Position numbers and translations under genes: made by a program
The notes under the pieces: model-generated
Seen by the model: the letters and a program-made list of their open reading frames with translations, nothing else
Told to the model about the DNA's origin: nothing
The model's database searches: none
Shown here: positions 51,780 through 62,714 of the stretch, piece after piece
Layout: each line of letters begins with the position of its first letter
Numbering within the stretch: position 1 is the stretch's first letter
Assembly (NCBI GenBank): GCA_965217865.1
Contig: CBDCJO010000002.1
Coordinates: 1,984,001 to 2,048,000 of the forward strand
Direction: 5' to 3'
Origin: Candidatus Latescibacterota bacterium
Lineage (GTDB): Bacteria; Latescibacterota; UBA2968; SICM01
Length of the DNA: 64,000 bases

Positions 51780-52860
51780 TCACCCGACGAGAATGTTGAC
51801 ATTGCTTCCCAGAAGCGCCAGGGCGGAACGGAGGCCGGACATATTCGGAATCCTAAAGGACGACCGGTCCTCATCGTCCGAAAAGATGGACCGCGAAAGC
51901 GTCGACGGGCGCTCGAGTTGTGTTCGAAAAACCGACGTACGGTTCTGATTCCGATCGGCTGCCCGGATCCCTTGCCTCTGGGCAGCGACAAGATTCTGAG
52001 CGGTTCGCTGGCCGTTAATGGAATTCTGGCGGATCGAATCTCTGACAAGGCCTCGCGTCACCGCAGAGACATCCTCCCTGAGGTTTTGCTTCAGTTCGGT
52101 CGTCTCCCTCAGCCGGCCCTCAGCACGCGGGGGCCCTGGCAGTTTGCGCCTGTTCGTTCGCTCCTGTCGTGGAAACGTCCACCGGTGCGGCTTGAGCGCT
52201 CCGTGCAGTACGTGCGGCCTGCGCCGTTCGAACGACAGCCGAGGTGGCGGTTGTCCGCTCCACCCGAAGCGACGTGGCCAGCCGAACCCGAGCGGCCGCC
52301 GTCTCGTTGCCGTCGACCTGGATATTCCCCCGGGTCCTCGAGCTGATCAGGCGGCTAAGACTATCGATTCGCCTGACCGCCGACTGCAGCGCAGGACCCA
52401 GAGCGGGGCGCGTCGTTGCGGCTTCGGGAAAACCCGTCCCTGTCCGATCCCTGCTTGTCTGGGTTGTGCGCTGAGCCCGGGTCCGTGTTGCCTGCCCCTG
52501 CCCGGATCGGACCCGGTCCGAAACCTGCTGGGAGGTCTGGTCCGCCCGCTGAGAAGAAATCAGCAGGCCAAACGCATTTCTGCTTTGGCCGGCTGACGCA
52601 CGAGTCCCATCACCTTCCCCGCCTCGGACAGACTCCTGTCTTCCCGCAGTCCTCAGCGTGCGGGTCGCGACAGCGGATTCCCCACGGGACACACGGGTCC
52701 GCCCGTCATCCCCCTCTCCGCCCCGAACCCGCTCCTGCCTGCCGGCCCGCCCTCGCTGTGTACGTATGTCGTCGTCATCATCATCGTCGCGCGCCTGTAG
52801 AGCTCGGAAATTGGCAACACTCGCACGCGTCGATGAAAACCTGGAAACAAAGATCGGCAT
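51780..52860 (-). CDS. Low-complexity Arg/Ala/Thr-rich hypothetical protein, probably frameshifted near 52135
   Basis: Two co-oriented ORFs with similar composition; internal repeat AGRQE.VRGGEGD. Confidence 0.45.
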
Positions 52861-52987
52861 CGCATTCCCGCCCAAGAGAATGAGTTACGACCTTATACCA
52901 TTTTCATCTGACAAAATATAACAAATTTTAAGGGTGGTTGTCAACAGGCAACCAAAAGAGAAGGGCGGTCGACGAATCGGCAGCTTC

Positions 52988-54004
52988 TCAGTCCCACACC
53001 TTTTCCCATCGTCCGCTTTCGAGGGATCGATACATGGCCAGTGCCGTGCGCAACTCCCCTAGGGATTCCTCAGGTCCCGCCTCAGGCGATTTGCCGGTTA
53101 TCACTGCTTTCGCAAAGTCATCGATGCAGGGGCCGAACGACCTGGCATACCCCTGGGGCTCGGCCATCAACTTCCCCTCCCGGTTATCCGGATCGAACAG
53201 CTTGACCCCCCCGCCAAAGCCCCCTTCGATCACGATCTCCCCAATCGTTCCCGTAATCCGCCACCAGGGATCCGGGGCCAAAACCGAGTCGACCATCATT
53301 CCATCGAATCCGGCGATCTTTCCCGACTCGAACCGAATGAGCGAACGGAAAAGAGACTCCCCTTCCATCCGCTTCAGGGGATTGTCCACGGCCGCCACGA
53401 CCGCGTCGATCTCTCCCATCCACATCCGGAGAGGGCGAATCCAGTGCGATCCACCGTCGATGGCGATGCCTCCCCCCGCTCGGGATCTCTCATAACGCCA
53501 GGGGCTCTTCTCTTTGAACCAGTAGTCGTCGAATTCCATGCAGAAAGCCGCTCGGGCGGTGATCACCTCCCCAATTGCACCCGATTCTATTATTCTCCTG
53601 GCCTCAAGGATTTCAGGCCAGTACTGGGCGTTTTCAGCCACCATGAACACCGTCCCGGCCGCCTTCGCCGCAGCCATGATCCGGTTGCACGAATCGAGCG
53701 TGGGTGCCATCGGTTTTTCGAGAAGCACGTGCTTTCCGGCCTGGAAAGCCTGAATGGCCACCGCCTCGTGGAGGTCGTGGGGAAGCATCAGGTCCACCGC
53801 CTCGAATCCCCCTTCGGCCACGGCCTCGGCCATGGAGGGGAAGACCCTTGCACCCGTCTCCCGGGCAATCCGCTCAGCTCTCTCAAGGTCGGGGTCCACA
53901 GCAGCCGTTACCCGGATCCTGTCCTCGAAAGCCTTGATCCCATCCAGATGGTAACGGGAAATCGCGCCGCAACCCACGAATGCCAGATTTAGGAAATCGG
54001 CCAT
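52988..54004 (-). CDS. Gfo/Idh/MocA oxidoreductase
   Basis: GCGAIS, GKHVLLEKP, DGGSHW. Confidence 0.9.
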   Translation of the reverse strand: MADFLNLAFVGCGAISRYHLDGIKAFEDRIRVTAAVDPDLERAERIARETGARVFPSMAEAVAEGGFEAVDLMLPHDLHEAVAIQAFQAGKHVLLEKPMAPTLDSCNRIMAAAKAAGTVFMVAENAQYWPEILEARRIIESGAIGEVITARAAFCMEFDDYWFKEKSPWRYERSRAGGGIAIDGGSHWIRPLRMWMGEIDAVVAAVDNPLKRMEGESLFRSLIRFESGKIAGFDGMMVDSVLAPDPWWRITGTIGEIVIEGGFGGGVKLFDPDNREGKLMAEPQGYARSFGPCIDDFAKAVITGKSPEAGPEESLGELRTALAMYRSLESGRWEKVWD

Positions 54005-54130
54005 CTTCTTACTCGTTAATTATAAATGAGTTGTAGCTTGCACCCAGGGGCAACCGCCGCACATACGATGATTTATGCCCATATAATTTTTCACTTTACA
54101 ATTTACATTTTTCATTTTCCACTTTCCCCC

Positions 54131-55177
54131 TTACCCGATCTCCACCCGTTCTTCACCCTCAGTCACTTCTCCTATCCGGTATGGTCGCTCCCCAAGCCCC
54201 CTGAGGATATCACTTGCCTGATCCGCCTGGTCAGTCGCCACCACGATCACATAACCGATCCCCATGTTGAAAACCCGGAACATCTCTTCCTCCTTCACGT
54301 CTCCCATCTCCTTCAACGAGAGAAAGACCGGATTCACAGGCCAGGATCCGCTTTGGATCGTGGCACCAAGGCCGGACGGCAGGATGCGAGGCACGTTATT
54401 GATCAACCCACCCCCTGTGATGTGCACCATACCCTTCACCGTTAGCTGTTCAAGGAGTTGTCTGATCACGGCCACATAGCTGCGGTGAGGTCTGAGCAAT
54501 TCTTCCCCCACGGTTCCCCCCCAACCCTCCATCCGAGATTCGAGAGTCAATCCCGACACGTCGAACACCAGCTTGCGAGCCAGGGAATAGCCGTTGGAGT
54601 GGAGGCCGTCTGAGGCAAGTCCGATCAGCACATCCCCGGGTCGAATCGTGGCGCCGTCGATGATCCTCGATCGTTCAACGATCCCCACGATGGTCCCCGC
54701 CAGGTCGTACTCTCCGGGTTGGTAAAAATCCGGTAGGGTTGCCGTCTCTCCACCAACCAGAGCGCACCCGACGAGACGGCAACCTTCGGCCACCCCGGCT
54801 ACGAGGGCCAGGGTCACATCCGGGTCGTGAGATCCCATCCCGATATAGTCCAGGAAGAAGAGAGGATTTGCCCCCTGAACGAGAATGTCGTTCGCGCAAT
54901 GGGCGACCAGATCGATCCCGACCGTGTTGTGGGTACCCGTCATAAATGCAAGCTTCAGCTTAGTTCCGACACTATCCACACTTGAGACAAGGACAGGCTC
55001 TCGATAAGAACCCAGCTCGGGAGCGAACAGCCCTCCGAACCCCCCGAGATCTGCGAGGACCTCCGGTCCGAAGGTAGACCGGACAATCGACTTCATCCGG
55101 CGTTTCGTCTGATCAGCGGCTTCGATGTCCACTCCTGCGGCTGCGTATGCGTCCTTTTTCGGCACGGAACCGGCCAT
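54131..55177 (-). CDS. purM: Phosphoribosylformylglycinamidine cyclo-ligase
   Basis: YAAAGVDI, GGFGG, VGTKL, GGETA, GLHSNGYSL, HITGGG, FNMGIG. Confidence 0.96.
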   Translation of the reverse strand: MAGSVPKKDAYAAAGVDIEAADQTKRRMKSIVRSTFGPEVLADLGGFGGLFAPELGSYREPVLVSSVDSVGTKLKLAFMTGTHNTVGIDLVAHCANDILVQGANPLFFLDYIGMGSHDPDVTLALVAGVAEGCRLVGCALVGGETATLPDFYQPGEYDLAGTIVGIVERSRIIDGATIRPGDVLIGLASDGLHSNGYSLARKLVFDVSGLTLESRMEGWGGTVGEELLRPHRSYVAVIRQLLEQLTVKGMVHITGGGLINNVPRILPSGLGATIQSGSWPVNPVFLSLKEMGDVKEEEMFRVFNMGIGYVIVVATDQADQASDILRGLGERPYRIGEVTEGEERVEIG

Positions 55178-55341
55178 ATAAATTCCTTATCGCTATAAAT
55201 TGATGATAATATGTGAGTAGAGGAGGCTACTTCGAGGCAAATGAGCCAAAGAAGGGGATGAGCCTTCTTCGGGTGATACGGGACACAAGGTGCGTTCCTG
55301 GGAGGGATTAGAGGCCAAGCGCAAGAGCGCCCGGGGATTCT

Positions 55342-55689
55342 TTATTTGTCCATTCCATTGAGCAGTTTATCCCGGGCTTCCAGTTCTTGAAGCCGGAGGC
55401 TAAGTTCCTGTGTTCGCTCCTCCACACGCCTTTCCAGGTGCTCGTTCGCTTCAACCCCGCCAACTTCGAATGCCTTTACCTTGTCCAGCGGCTCGTCCAA
55501 TGCACTGATAAAGATAACAGGGATCTCTCGTGAACCGGGCTCGGCCTTCAAACGGCGGCAAACCTCGTACCCGTCCATGTCCGGCATTTTGATGTCAAGC
55601 AGGATCAGGTCGAGAGGGGCCGATCGCGCCGCGGTGAGGGCCATAGGACCGCTCGATACCCCCCGCACTTCTTCGGGGCTGTTCATCAT
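55342..55689 (-). pseudogene. Truncated response-regulator receiver
   Basis: DLILLDIKMPDMDGYEVC...IPVIFISA, lacking the N-terminus and the KP motif. Confidence 0.7.
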
Positions 55690-55807
55690 GAATTCTCCTG
55701 TTTTTTTATCTTCTACAAGTGGCGCAATCAGGCCACTTTACTTTTCTTGTTGGATCCACCGCCAAGCGAAGGAGCGCCCCTATTGATACAACTACCATGT
55801 GAGCTAT

Positions 55808-56575
55808 TTAATGCGGAATGATTTCCCCCTTCGAGGCAAGCTTTTTATATGCCTTTCGAACCTTTTGTACAATGACAGGATCTGAATCTTTATTAAAAGT
55901 CATATACTCAGAAACGCTCCAAGGAGAAAATACCTTTTGAAACAATTCCTTTTTTACCCCCATTTTCGCTAATATTTTCTTCTCTTTTCCCTCAGAAAAA
56001 AACTTATCAAAAATAGGTTCACCCATGAAAATTAAATCAATTCTTCCTCTTGCCAGCATTATAAGTGTCTGGTTGTAAGTGGGGACATTTGAAATAAAGG
56101 GAAATTTGTGTTGAATCAAATAATCATGGTAGGATGAACCGTTCATGACACCTATATAGTGTTTTTTCGCTTCATTTAGTTCACTTTGGATATTGAGTTT
56201 TACATCCTTGTTTCCTTTTAGTTTGTAAAACGATATTTTGGTAGGTTTACTCACGGGACCAACCCACTCAAACCATGGCTCCCGTTTAACCGTTCTTGAT
56301 GCGGAATAAAGAAGGTAGTTCTTTTGGGTCTTAGCGGATTTAAAGGCTCTGGCCCAAGGGAGAACCTCTATCTCATATTCTATGCCTGCTTTGGAAAGGC
56401 ATTTTCTTACTATTTCAGTAGCATAGCCAACTACTTCACGGTTTTCGTCCACATAGTTGTATGGAGGAAAGTTTTCAGTAACTACATAGACGAAATAAGT
56501 AGGTTTATTAATTTCTTCAGCTTGGGCTTCCAAAGCGAGAAAGGAAAGGGCAGATAAGATTACCAGTCCGACCAT
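55808..56575 (-). CDS. Family 3 solute-binding protein (AT-rich insert)
   Basis: TENFPPYNY...GYATE...PWARA...RGRIDL. Confidence 0.85.
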   Translation of the reverse strand: MVGLVILSALSFLALEAQAEEINKPTYFVYVVTENFPPYNYVDENREVVGYATEIVRKCLSKAGIEYEIEVLPWARAFKSAKTQKNYLLYSASRTVKREPWFEWVGPVSKPTKISFYKLKGNKDVKLNIQSELNEAKKHYIGVMNGSSYHDYLIQHKFPFISNVPTYNQTLIMLARGRIDLIFMGEPIFDKFFSEGKEKKILAKMGVKKELFQKVFSPWSVSEYMTFNKDSDPVIVQKVRKAYKKLASKGEIIPH

Positions 56576-56930
56576 AACTTAACGCCTCATATGGTACTTA
56601 TAGTCACGTAACCCCAACATAAAGGGGATTGACAGGTGAACTGTTGGGCAGTATATTGGAAAGTAAATTCGAGCTTCGAAGAAAGGAGGAGTCACCGATT
56701 ACTTAGGTAAGAAGCGATACTTTAGGGCCAGGTCCAGAACAAATGGGGACAAGGTAAGTCTCAATCTCTTCGCCAGCCGAATTTCCCTTATCCGATCTCG
56801 AACATTCATAATATGTGAATATAGATACATTGGGTATTGCCATCAAAGATAATTCATAGAATATGAATTTAGACAATTTGGCGCGATCCCCATGTTTGAC
56901 TTCGGACTCCGGACTTCATTGGCTTTCCCT

Positions 56931-58696
56931 CTACTCGCCTTCGTCCATAAGATTTTCGATCTCCGCCAGGGCGATGGCGGTGCTCCGTAGCTGAAACGTC
57001 CGGGGTGAATCATAATCGAGCGAGTCTTTTTCGAAGATCACTCCGTGCTGCATCGCCGATTGTTTACGGGTAGATAGCCCCTCCGAAAGATCCTTGCTCA
57101 CCAGCCTGATCGCTCTTTTATAAGGGTGACCGTAACCACCGCCCCCCGGGGTCTCAACAAGAACGCGATCCCCGGCCTTCAATACGACCCCTTCCGCCTT
57201 CATCGGTGATATGGTTTGTTCGGTTCCAGGGGCTCGAAGTGTCTCATACCCTCGGAGATTATACGAATCCCTGTTTTTGCCCCTCTGGTCCCCCCCATCA
57301 ATCCCTCTGCGCCTCGCCTGCACCGGTCGCCGAACAGGGTCAACACGGCCTCCCCGGACAACAATTCAAACGAAAAGGAAACCCCCATCCCTCCCCTGTA
57401 ACGACCCGCACCACCTGATCCCGGACGGACGGCATACTTCAACACACGGATCGGGTACCGTTCTTCCAAGTCTTCCAGAGGCGGCATCTCCCCGAAAGTC
57501 GAGAAACCGCTCCCGTTTGTTAGACCGTCTCCACGGGCACTTGCCCCCAGACCCCCGCCCATGCTCAGCGTCATCAGATAGTTCCCGAATCCATCTGCTT
57601 TACCGTGCAGGGAGAGGTGACACGCCGAGGCAAAATCCATTGCCCCTGCCCGTGCAGGATCCCCGCCCGCGAGGGCTGCGGTCACCGCCGCCACCACCCG
57701 CCCAGCCACCTCGATCGAACCCGACACCGGTTGTGGGGACCGGGCATTCAGGAAGGAAGACCCTGGCAGCGATATAGAGATCCCCTGAAACGCGGCCGTA
57801 TGTGCAGGCACCCCGGGGAAGAGGTTACGAAGTGCGACCCGACAGGCGGCTGCCGTCAGTCCCGAAGGGCAGTTTAAAGGTCCGGTGGAAGGTCCGTCGC
57901 TTCCACGAAAGTCCACCTGAAGAGCCTGTCCCGCAACACGCACCGTGGTCACGATCTTCATACCTCTGTCCACGACACCATCTCCGTCCAGAACATCCTC
58001 AAACCTGTAACAGCCGTCCGGGAAGTCCCGAACCTCCTCTGTCAACGCCCCCTCCGCACGGCGCGCCATATCGATCTCGGCCTCCCGCACGGCATCAACT
58101 CCGTAGCGATCCACCAGATCTCGAAGGCGCTCCAACCCCGCGTCCAGACAGTCAAGCTGGGCTTGAAGCATCCCCCGTAACAGGTCATCGAAACGGGCGT
58201 TCGATGCAAGAAAGTCCACAAGATTAGGACCCGGCTCATTTCCCCCCTTGTCTCGGAACCGTCGCCAAGGAATAACGATTCCCTCCTGATGAACTTCCGT
58301 TGCCCCCGGGCTGAATCCACCCGGTGCTCGGCCACCCAGATCGGGATAGCGGACAACATTTCCAACGAAGAAAAGGGGCTCGCCTTTTACAAAAAAGGGT
58401 GCGAACATGCGCAGATCCGCCAGGGAAGACCCGCCGGAGAAAGGGTCGTTTCCAATGAACACATCCCCCGGAGAAAATCCATGAATTCTGTTTCTGAGTC
58501 CCTGGAGCCCGAATGGAATCGTAGCCGCCAGGAGGGGATGGCTCAAGCTCCCATGAACAATGAGACCTGCCGGACCGCAAATTCCGGAGGCGACTGCGGG
58601 TAAACCAACTCGGTTTAAACCCTCATACGAGGCGTCCATTCCGTCCGCAGCGGCGCAGAGCCGTTCGGTGATTCGATTTAAGATCAGAGGCGTCAT
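56931..58696 (-). CDS. Hydantoinase B/oxoprolinase subunit, frameshifted near 57230
   Basis: PGDVFIGNDPF.GG, QEG, SGGAGRYRGG; ETPGGGGYG lies in the downstream ORF. Confidence 0.85.
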
Positions 58697-58818
58697 TTTA
58701 GCTCAGTTGTAACTTTGTTGAGGGGCTCTCTGCTCCAAGATCCCATTCGGGAAACGGAAGCCAACCAAAAAAACAAGCCCGCGTTTCCGAACCCTCGATC
58801 GGATTAGGCCCATCCCGA

Positions 58819-60534
58819 TCATTCTACTTCCATAACTAGGTGACCCCCGGCCACGACCTCCGCCATCGTCCCGGGTGGGATGGATGTCGTAGAGCCCGAT
58901 TCCTCCACAATAGCCGGTCCGTGAAGATTCGCGCCTTCCGGCAAACGTTCGCGATCGTACAGGTTGCTTTGATAAAACCTGCCTCCGAAATGGACCGCCC
59001 GCTCCCCGATTTTTGCGTCCTCTGTGGACCGCGCCCCTTCCCCTGTTCCGTCTCGGCTCATCAGCTTGACAATCTTATCCTCGGAAACCCTGATCGTCAA
59101 CCCCCCGCAGGCCGAGAAAACCCCCGCGCGATGGGGGACGACCACCTTCTTAAAACCGAGCTCCTTCGCGATACACGCGGCGTGCAGAGGACCCGCGCCG
59201 CCATAGGCCACCAGAATGAACCCCTCCAGAGAGAGACATCGCCGGGCAGCCATAAACCGTATGGCATCGGCCATCTTCGCGTCCACCGCATCGCCTACAT
59301 TGGCAGCTGCGTCCACCTCCTTCAACCGATAAGGACGTCCGATTTTTTCTGCCACAACACGGCGGGCCGCATCGAAATCGAGGCGCCTCCCTGGGATGAA
59401 TTGCGCCTTCGGATCGATACGCCCCATGAGGAGGTCCGCATCCGCGACAGTGGGATGATACTTCTGACGACCATAACATACCGGACCTGGAAAGGCCCCG
59501 ACACTATCCGGACCGACCTTCATGAAACCATCCGGATCGACCCGGGCGATACTCCCGCCACCCGCACCCACTGCGGAGATGTCCAGCATCGGGATGGCGA
59601 TCGGTAGGCCGAACCGGATCTCCCGATTTCGCGTTAAGGCCGGTTTTCCCTCTTGGACGATCGAAGAGTCGAAACTGGTACCTCCCATATCAGCGGTTAC
59701 AAAATTCTGAAAACCGAGGGAACGACAGAGTGCCGCGGCTCCGATGACACCCGCCGAGGGCCCTGAAAGGGCGGTGGATATCGCTTGAAATCGTTCGGAA
59801 TCTTCCCGCAGCAACCTTCCGTTCGACTCCACAAGGCGTAGAATGCCGGTAAACCCTTCCCCTGAAAGGGCAACGCTCAAATTATCCAGATAATCCCGGA
59901 CCAACGGCGTCACCGCTGCATTGGATGCGGCGGTGGAAGTTCGTTCGAACTCAGGACCACCGGGACAAACCTCTCCTCCCACCGACACGGGAATGGATGG
60001 GAGCGCCTTCCGAATACATTCGGCCGCTTTTCGTTCGTTTTCCCCTTTTGGACCGTGAAGGAAGCTGATGGCGATACATTCCGCTCCCATATCGATCAAT
60101 CGTCGCGCGGCCGACAGGGCTTCTTCCTCATCGACCCGGATCACGACCCGGCCGTCCGGTCCGGTCCGTTCGTTCACCTCCACCCGCCGGTTCCGGGGGA
60201 TCAAGGGTTCGAAGGGGGGGTGAAGACCGAATGGAACCGGCCGATCCCGCCTCCGGAGATCCAGCAGATCTCGAAATCCCCGCGTCGTGATCAAACCACA
60301 GGATGCAACCTTACCCTGGATCAGCGCATTCGTGGCCACCGTGGTCCCGTGCACGATCTCTTCCACAGCCTTCGGAGACAGACCGCACGCCTCTAACGCA
60401 TTCATCACCCCCTCCCCGTAGTCACGCGGGGTGGTGGCGACCTTCGCAGCTCGGATCCCTCCCCCCGAAAGGTCGCAGACGATGATATCCGTGAACGTCC
60501 CGCCGATGTCGATGCCCACCAAGAGCCCCATCAA
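58819..60534 (-). CDS. Hydantoinase A/oxoprolinase subunit
   Basis: DIGGTFTD, HGTTVATNA, SGPSAG, DMGGTS, GAGGGS, GPAIVEE. Confidence 0.92.
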   Translation of the reverse strand: MMGLLVGIDIGGTFTDIIVCDLSGGGIRAAKVATTPRDYGEGVMNALEACGLSPKAVEEIVHGTTVATNALIQGKVASCGLITTRGFRDLLDLRRRDRPVPFGLHPPFEPLIPRNRRVEVNERTGPDGRVVIRVDEEEALSAARRLIDMGAECIAISFLHGPKGENERKAAECIRKALPSIPVSVGGEVCPGGPEFERTSTAASNAAVTPLVRDYLDNLSVALSGEGFTGILRLVESNGRLLREDSERFQAISTALSGPSAGVIGAAALCRSLGFQNFVTADMGGTSFDSSIVQEGKPALTRNREIRFGLPIAIPMLDISAVGAGGGSIARVDPDGFMKVGPDSVGAFPGPVCYGRQKYHPTVADADLLMGRIDPKAQFIPGRRLDFDAARRVVAEKIGRPYRLKEVDAAANVGDAVDAKMADAIRFMAARRCLSLEGFILVAYGGAGPLHAACIAKELGFKKVVVPHRAGVFSACGGLTIRVSEDKIVKLMSRDGTGEGARSTEDAKIGERAVHFGGRFYQSNLYDRERLPEGANLHGPAIVEESGSTTSIPPGTMAEVVAGGHLVMEVE

Positions 60535-60600
60535 ATCCTCGGAGAACCGGTTTCAACATCATTTTGCACTTTGCACTTTGCATTTTGCTATTCCCTTCCC

Positions 60601-61776
60601 TCACTCCAACCACTGCATCGGATCCTCCGGGTCGCTCCCCTTCATGATTTCAAAGTGGAGAGTCGACCGCTGATCGAGTGTGCCCGTGTTTCCGGAAATC
60701 GCAATCGTCTCCCCTGCCTTCACACGGTCCTCGACCTGGACGAAGACTTCCCTTAGATGTGCATAGAGGGTATAGTATCCATCATCGTGGCCGACCAGGG
60801 CGAACAGCCCATAACCCCGGAACCAATCCACGGCGGCCACCTCTCCGACTGCAATGCTCCTGATCCGGGAGCCTTCCGGCGCCTTGATCTCGATCCCCCG
60901 ATTGAAAGTCCAGGTTTTGAGTTTCGGATCCTGAACCCGTCCGAATCGGCTGACAACCTTTCCCGTAATAGGCCATCGCATTCGACCCCGAAGTCCCGAA
61001 AAGGTTCCGGTGTGTTTTACGATTCGTTTGCCCGCACGTTCCGCTTCCGCGATCAACTCGCGGAGTGCGTCTTCGCTTCTCTTACGGTCGCGGATGAGCT
61101 GCGCCTCAGCGGCCTTGTAGGCCTTCACATTCTTTCTCACGCGGGTGAGAAAACGCTTCCGGGCCCGAACCTGTTCGCCGAGGGACCCGACCTGGGTCTG
61201 CTTCTCCTTCCGGATCGTTTCAAAGGCATCCTCCTGGGCAAACAACCGGGCACGCGTAGCGGCCACAGCGTCCCGGTCCTTCAGAATCGCCTCGAAGTCC
61301 TTTCGGTCTTGCTTGGCTACCGCCGACAGATATCGCGATCGACGCAACAAGTCGAAAACCGAATCGACCGACAGGAGTACCTGAAGCCCTCGAAGGCCTT
61401 GAAGCCGGCGGCCGCGCTTGTAAATATCCCGAAGCCGCCTGGCGAACCCGGTCTGTCGTTTAGAAAGCCGTTGTTCCGAATCCTTTAAGGCGATGTCCGC
61501 TTCGTTCTTCTCCTGGGTGAGTTGTTCCGCTTCGGCGTCGAGTCGCTTCAGGTATGTCCTGGCAAGTGCCATCTCCTGATCCAGGGAATCGACTTGCGTC
61601 AGGACATTCTTTTCCCGCGTCATGGTGCGGCGAAGCCGCTCACGGTTCTCTTCAGCCTCCCTCCTGATTTTTTCGATGGAGGTCCTTACCTCATTGATCG
61701 TTCGGCCCGGGGATACCGCCAAAGATACCAACGGAAAAAAGAACGTGAAGACAGCGAAAAGGAGGGGATTCCGCAT
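60601..61776 (-). CDS. envC: Murein hydrolase activator (coiled coil plus degenerate M23 domain)
   Basis: Signal peptide, coiled coil, WP..G...FG, NRGIEI, LHFEI; follows ftsEX. Confidence 0.85.
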   Translation of the reverse strand: MRNPLLFAVFTFFFPLVSLAVSPGRTINEVRTSIEKIRREAEENRERLRRTMTREKNVLTQVDSLDQEMALARTYLKRLDAEAEQLTQEKNEADIALKDSEQRLSKRQTGFARRLRDIYKRGRRLQGLRGLQVLLSVDSVFDLLRRSRYLSAVAKQDRKDFEAILKDRDAVAATRARLFAQEDAFETIRKEKQTQVGSLGEQVRARKRFLTRVRKNVKAYKAAEAQLIRDRKRSEDALRELIAEAERAGKRIVKHTGTFSGLRGRMRWPITGKVVSRFGRVQDPKLKTWTFNRGIEIKAPEGSRIRSIAVGEVAAVDWFRGYGLFALVGHDDGYYTLYAHLREVFVQVEDRVKAGETIAISGNTGTLDQRSTLHFEIMKGSDPEDPMQWLE

Positions 61777-61807
61777 GGGAAGGAAGAGGCTCCTCGGTCC
61801 AGATGGT

Positions 61808-62677
61808 CTACCGCAAGGCCAGGGTACGAGAGACGCGACGAACGGCGAACAGGCTTGCCAGGGCTCCCAGCACAGCACCAAGAATCACAAGACTCCAGGC
61901 TGTCGTAAGCCCCGAACGAATCGGGAGCTCAGGAAACAAACCGGCCCCCCAGGCATATCCGATCACGATAAGGATCCCCGCGACCAGTCCCCCCCCTGCC
62001 CCCTGTGCCATGCCCGCGATCAAAAACGGGAGGCGAATCAGGCCCTCTCTTGCTCCTACAAGACGCATCACCTCGATGGCCTCCTGCCGAGCGACCACTG
62101 ACAACTGGACGTGGTTCGAGATGGCGAATACGCACGCCAGGCTGACAACAAGACCGAGAACCCCCATGGTGGCAAAAACGATCCGTGTGACCCGTTCCAG
62201 GCGGGAAACCCAGGCCAGACCCGTATCCACCTCCTCCACTCCGGGCCAATCCTGAACCTTTGACGACAGTCCTAGAATCGATTCCGCGTGTTCGGCATCA
62301 GGACTCAGGTGGACCCGAATGGAAGCGGGAAGGGGGTTGTGGGACACCGATTCCAGGAGCCCGCCTCCGAAGGTCTTTCGGAACTCCCTTGCTGCAGTGG
62401 CCTTATCGATATAAGTCGCCCGTTTAACCCCCTTCAACCGGCTTATATCCCGGGTCAGCTGCGCTGCACGGTTATCCGGAACCCCGTCATCGAGGTAGAT
62501 GGCGACCTCAACGCGTTCGTGTGCGGATCGAAGAAGGCGATAGACATTGGCGGTGAGGAGAATAAATGCCCCGATCAGGAGGAGGGAGACAACGAGTGTT
62601 CCTGCCGATACGATCCCGAAAGCCCCTGTTCTGCGCAAACCCACGATCGCTTCGCGGAAGACAAAGGAGATATTCAT
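61808..62677 (-). CDS. ftsX: Cell division permease
   Basis: NPLPAS, IEVMRLVGA...IRLPF. Confidence 0.92.
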   Translation of the reverse strand: MNISFVFREAIVGLRRTGAFGIVSAGTLVVSLLLIGAFILLTANVYRLLRSAHERVEVAIYLDDGVPDNRAAQLTRDISRLKGVKRATYIDKATAAREFRKTFGGGLLESVSHNPLPASIRVHLSPDAEHAESILGLSSKVQDWPGVEEVDTGLAWVSRLERVTRIVFATMGVLGLVVSLACVFAISNHVQLSVVARQEAIEVMRLVGAREGLIRLPFLIAGMAQGAGGGLVAGILIVIGYAWGAGLFPELPIRSGLTTAWSLVILGAVLGALASLFAVRRVSRTLALR

Positions 62678-62714
62678 GATTTTTCCTTGCCTCGGATTTG
62701 GACTCGAAACCGAT

